Source of the DNA: the human T2T-CHM13v2.0 reference genome, Homo sapiens
Reading direction: 5' to 3' (one strand)
Assembly (NCBI RefSeq): GCF_009914755.1
Contig: NC_060927.1
DNA: 64,000 nucleotides
The stretch's first letter is position 1; each line of letters opens with the position of its first letter. The notes under the pieces are model-generated. The model did not search any database and was not told the origin of the DNA. It was given only the letters and a program-made list of their open reading frames with translations. Positions 59,255 to 64,000 of the stretch are shown piece by piece. The position numbers were made by a program, and so were the translations under genes.

Positions 59255-60150
59255 TCACCTGGCATCACCTAGAAGCTTGTTAGAAATGCAGACTCTTTGC
59301 CCCACCCCATGCCTAATGAATCCAAATCTGCACTGTAACAAGATCCCCAGATGATTTATGTAATACTGGTCTGCAGACCGGACTTTGAGTAGCAAAGATT
59401 TAAACTGCTATTTCTCTAACTTGGATGTATATTGAAATTAACTGGGGAGTTTTAGGAAACACTGATCTCTGATCTCTGCTGCATATTTGCAGATATTCTT
59501 GTCCAAAAACCAAAGGGCAGAAGATAGGAGACGTGACCAGGAAAAACTGTTACCAAGAAATATGTTCTCAGTGTCAGAACTCAATGGGCATGTAGATTGG
59601 ATGGACCAATGATGGGCCAACAGGCAGACTGGTAAGTGAATAGATGGATAAGAAGAGGCTAAAGAACTTTGAAATGAAGATTTTTAATTTTGTAAGTAAC
59701 TTTGGGTTATGCTTTCTCTTGATAAGCTTGGGCCAGTGTTTCACACAGCTTATCTGTAGAATTACTGTAAAGGAATACACATTTTAAAATGTAGATTCTG
59801 GGCCACACCTTCAGATACTGAATCAGCATTTTCAAAGAGGAGACCAAGTAATCTGCATTTTCTATACATGCTTCAGGAGAACATTCTATATACTAAAGTA
59901 TAATAAGGACTTCTTTAGACAGTGTCCTGGCTAACTGTTAGAGGAACAATCTAAATTGAAGTGTTTCTCCATGAGAGGGATTTTGGTATATACTTGGGCA
60001 AGACAATTTTTCATTGTACAATATTGACCGATACTTAAATGTTTAGAATCCCTGCCTCCAACTACTAAGTTCTACAGCATGACCCCGTCATTGTGACAAC
60101 CAAAATGCTCTCTGTTATATTTCTAAATGGTGCCTCCAAGCTACAAAGCA
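59255..60150. mobile_element. Cluster of hAT-Charlie non-autonomous elements (MER5A/MER5B-like pieces and a MER20/MER117-like piece)
   Basis: catcacctagaagcttgttagaaatgcagactc (59263), aaaatgtagattctgggccacacc...tactgaatcag (59785) and gtcattgtgacaaccaaaatg (60087). Confidence 0.7.
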
Positions 60151-60299
60151 CTAGCTCAAACTCCCAAGTTCCCTGACAGAATCATGTGAAAGACTATAAG
60201 TGTACAGAGAGTTGCCTATGTATGACAGCTGACTACATCAGAGATTGAGTTCAGACAAGTGAAATCATACTTCTTGAAGCTATGAATATGTATAAGTGA

Positions 60300-60500
60300 G
60301 GAGGTTTGAGGTAGAGTGCAAAGAATCCTGAACCTGAAATCAGTCTGCTTGAATTTGAGGCCACTCGCTAGCTGTGCAAATGAGATAACATTAAGTCACC
60401 ATTTCTTTTGCCTGGGTCTATTTCCTTGTTTATAAAATGGAAAGAAAAATACCTGGTTCAGTTATCTTACAGGACTGTTGGGAGATGATGAATACACTAT
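60300..60500 (+). mobile_element. MIR
   Basis: ccactcgctagctgtg...ctatttccttgtttataaaatgg...cttacaggactgttgggag. Confidence 0.65.
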
Positions 60501-60844
60501 GTTTTAGAAGGTCTTCTGTAGCCCTGATAGTGCAGCCAGCAAGTTTTCCCAATGGTTGAAATATGGGTAACAAGTTGCTCAAATAAAAATAAACTACAGC
60601 TGCAACTTTAAATGTTGTTTTTGACTCTAGCCCCTGCAACCTAAAGCCTCTTAGAATTCCCCTACACATATTCAAGAGCAGATGGTCAATGGGAAATTCC
60701 CATAAGTTCCTCCATATAGCATTTTTTACGCTTGACTTAGAGTTATATTCCGTTCTCTCACTTTCTTTTTTGCTATCTTTTCCTGTGTCTTTTTCTTGCT
60801 TTTGTGTATTAAAATATATATTGAGAAATAGTAATGTGTGCATT

Positions 60845-61300
60845 TGTGCCAGATATCATCTATTTCCTCTTCCATACTCACACACCACTGGCTTTTTGTC
60901 CCAGGAGCATAACTCCATGGACTGTGTCAACATGCCTTCTACTTTCCAGTTGGGTTCAGTTAGTGGTCAGCCCCAGTGAGAGGTCAGACGTTGGGAGGAA
61001 ACAGAAGTGAGGCTCTTGATCTCTCTGGTCCCCAACTCCTGTGAAGTTTCAGGCTGGCTGTGCCCCTTCACAGAGGGCAACCTGCTCTTTTTCAGCAGCC
61101 CTTTCTGTGGGTGTCTCTTTTTGTAGATTTATTTCTTTCATTTCTTGCTTCACTGGGCCTTGGGATGGGGCACTGTCACTGCTAGACTCAGTTTAAATAC
61201 CATCTCTTTTTCTTCCCCTACAATTCACTTACACACTTATATTTATTCTTTTTGAAAATAAACCCACCTATTCAGAGTGGGACATCCGTGTCCTGTTGGG
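60845..61300. mobile_element. LTR33-like old ERVL LTR
   Basis: ctttccagttgggttcagttagtgg...gaggtcagacgttgggagg...ggctggctgtgcccc. Confidence 0.55.
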
Positions 61301-63559
61301 ATCTTTACTGATTTAGTGGCATAAATCAAAAAACACTGGACATTAAGGATGTGGGCAAAGGTCATCATGTTTCCACCAATAATTTGCCATGAGACATTCC
61401 CTAGTAAGGCTTTGGTCTTCTCCACTTATAATAGAATGAAGCTTTTGGGCTGTGTGATCTTGAAGGATACCGTCCCTAGCCACCAACTAAAGGGTTTGCA
61501 ATAAGATAAAGTAAGAAAAATTACTGCACAGGCATGTGGTTTGGCTATGGTTATCATTAGCAGAATCTGCATTCACATATTCTCTGTATGTCATTTCATC
61601 AACTGGGACTTGTGGAATCTGGGCAGGTGAAAAAGCAGCTTTCTGATGTTTGAAATATCTTGACACTTATCAATGTATGTGATTCCTGGTGGGTGGTGAT
61701 TTTGATCATTGTTTGCTTATTTGAAAATGTTATGCTCATTAAATTTATAAATGTATGATTCTTGGCCTACGTTGTCCAAATTTGAATGGTTTCAAAAAGG
61801 AAACAGCTTTCTGTTCTTTTAGACAACATTCATCATCATCCATCAATCAATCAACCAGCTGTCTTGGAATACTTACTGTCAATCACATTGATGCCAGCTT
61901 CTCAGTTACCATTGTTTTGACTCTGGGGAGGCAAAGAAAAGCGCCACGAGAAAAGGAAATGACAAGGAGTGCTTGTCCATGGCAGCCATTCATTTGGAGC
62001 CAGCAATGATGTTGTTGGCTTCCTCTAAAGCAGGGCTGCTGTTTTGTCATGTTATAATTCCTAAGTAAATCCCCCTTGAAGAGATCTAAATTAGAAAACT
62101 TGTAGTTTACCGTTTCCGGCTATACAGAATCTATTGAGCTGACAGGGTGACCTGTCAAAATTCATTCAAGACTAAAAAAACACTTTCATTTCAGTCAAAC
62201 CTAGTGTTCTATTGCTCAGTTTTCCTTTTCTATCTAAGTATTTCTATTGCTTTCTAAATAAAAAATTAAATAAGCCATACGGGTTATAAATATTCATATT
62301 ATTTGCATAGTACACAACAGTTTAGACAGTTTACTCTCTGGCATCTTATTTTGTCCTCACTATTATCTAGTGAACTTTGGCTTGGTGACATTTGGTAAAC
62401 AGTGGCGCCAACACACAAAGTCAAATTTCCCAATACAAGACCAAAGCTGTATTCCACTATGCTGTGCAAGTGTTTCTGTCCTCCGAGGAGTGTAACATGC
62501 CCACAGTACAGGCTTTTACTATTTTTCCTAGCATCGCAGGACAGAAGGAGCACACAAAGCTGCCCAGGTGAGACAGAGTCAGAAATAAAGTCACCTGAAA
62601 TAGTGTGAGAATCACTCCTCAGCTCCATATCAAGTAAAGCTCTTCATGCCAAGATGGTGACTTTAAATGTAATTCACTTTCATTCAATTCAACCATCTTT
62701 ATACATCCTTCACATGGGGCTCTCCCACATCTTTTCCACAACCAGTGCCTGTATATCCTAACCACACAGTGCCAGCTACATTCGGTTTCTTCTTTCTACT
62801 GAAACATCACCCACTGTCTAGGTCCTTATCAACCCTCTCCTTGACTTTGCATCAAAGGAGGTCCCACATGGCACCCATATCAATCTGCACATTGTTGTTA
62901 GATCAGCCTTCCTGTGGCCGGAATAGATGCTCACCAAAGGTTTGCTTGAGTGACCTGTGCTGGAGAAGGTGATTACAGAATATAATAAAAACAGCAAAGA
63001 AATATTACAGAAATACCATAAGTTGAGCCAGAAATAAATATTTTTGCAGAAGATCTAAGAAAGCATTCCAAAGTAATTTCACATGTAACAGATTACGTTA
63101 ATGCTATGCTCCCACTTCATACTCAATATTTAAGTTAAGATGTTTTGTTTTGGGGGAACAGGGTTATTAATTTGAAGCCTTATAGCATGAAAACTAACTG
63201 TTGATGAGATAGCCTCGCCATCATCAGTTCTTGCAAACTGTGCTTAAGGTGCCTCTCATCCCTTTGCACATTACTGCTTTCAGGAATGGGAGGAATATTT
63301 ATAAAGTCAATCTTTTGGGATCATCCCCCAAAGGATGGGGTGAAAAGCTCTTCCCCAAAGGATAATGAGAAACAGCAAGGCTCGAGGCTTTTCTCTGTTT
63401 CTGGTAGTTACTTTCTAGCCTTTGTTTATTTCACCAGTTCTGTCTCCAGTTTAACTGTTGTTCTTCATTAGCTAACATTCAAGGCCCTCACCTTGAAAAT
63501 GCAAACATCCCCTATTCCTGAGTAGGAAGATGAGCCTGTGTTATTCAATCTGGTCATTT

Positions 63560-63820
63560 CCTAAGAGAGCCCCAGGTCTGGTACAATTCAATGGAAAATT
63601 GGAACTAGAGTGAGGGGAATTTGAAACTAGGCTTTATTACTGCCTGTGTGGCACTAGGCAATATACTCCTGGAAAATAATTCTCCACTCTGAAATAAGGA
63701 CAATAATGTTTTCTTTGCCTACCTTTCTATAGGTTTTTGTAAGGATAAAATGAGGTAATGTACAATAAGGTGACATAAATTGAAAAGTGATGTATAAATG
63801 TTAGTTGTGACTATTGTTAT
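63560..63820 (+). mobile_element. MIR
   Basis: ttactgcctgtgtggcactaggcaa...ctctgaaataagg...cctacctttctataggtttttgtaaggataaaatgag...tataaatgttagtt. Confidence 0.7.
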
Positions 63821-64000
63821 GAATAAAGAAGAAGTAGGTATTTACTTCAAAATCATGTAGAGTCCCATGTCAGTGAGATGTAGAAAGTGAAACCAACAAA
63901 TGCCTTAGTCTCTAAGTAATCTTCAAACTGGAGTCTTGATCACCCCTTGAGGTACACAGAGCAGCATAAGGGACACAAAGGAATGATACAAAATTTTAAG

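Overview
This is AT-rich, CpG-depleted mammalian DNA from a primate, probably a hominid, as judged by Alu J/S elements, THE1/MST LTRs and an L1PA2-type 3' UTR. I could not assign the locus. By eye about two-thirds of the window is interspersed repeat. There are two large ancient + strand L1 elements (~9.4-19.7 kb and ~43.0-54.0 kb), each carrying nested younger insertions, many with readable target-site duplications (TSDs). There is also a non-coding ERV1/MER4-group provirus remnant (~36.9-41.7 kb), several solo LTRs, DNA-transposon fossils, MIR/L2 relics and microsatellites. I can support no host protein-coding gene, RNA gene or CRISPR array. The ORF-track entries I could interpret are decayed L1 ORF1/ORF2 pieces, Alu/LTR frames or low-complexity frames; the remaining short ORFs resemble nothing I recognise. 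I found no convincing novel biological system. The best second-look items are structural: two twin-primed (5'-inverted) L1PA insertions, a ~170 bp local inverted duplication, a provirus with non-matching LTRs, a ~250 bp tandem array in an old L1 5' UTR, a recombined Alu monomer and a possible LTR-derived cryptic exon. Subfamily names come from remembered consensus sequences and need RepeatMasker/Dfam confirmation.
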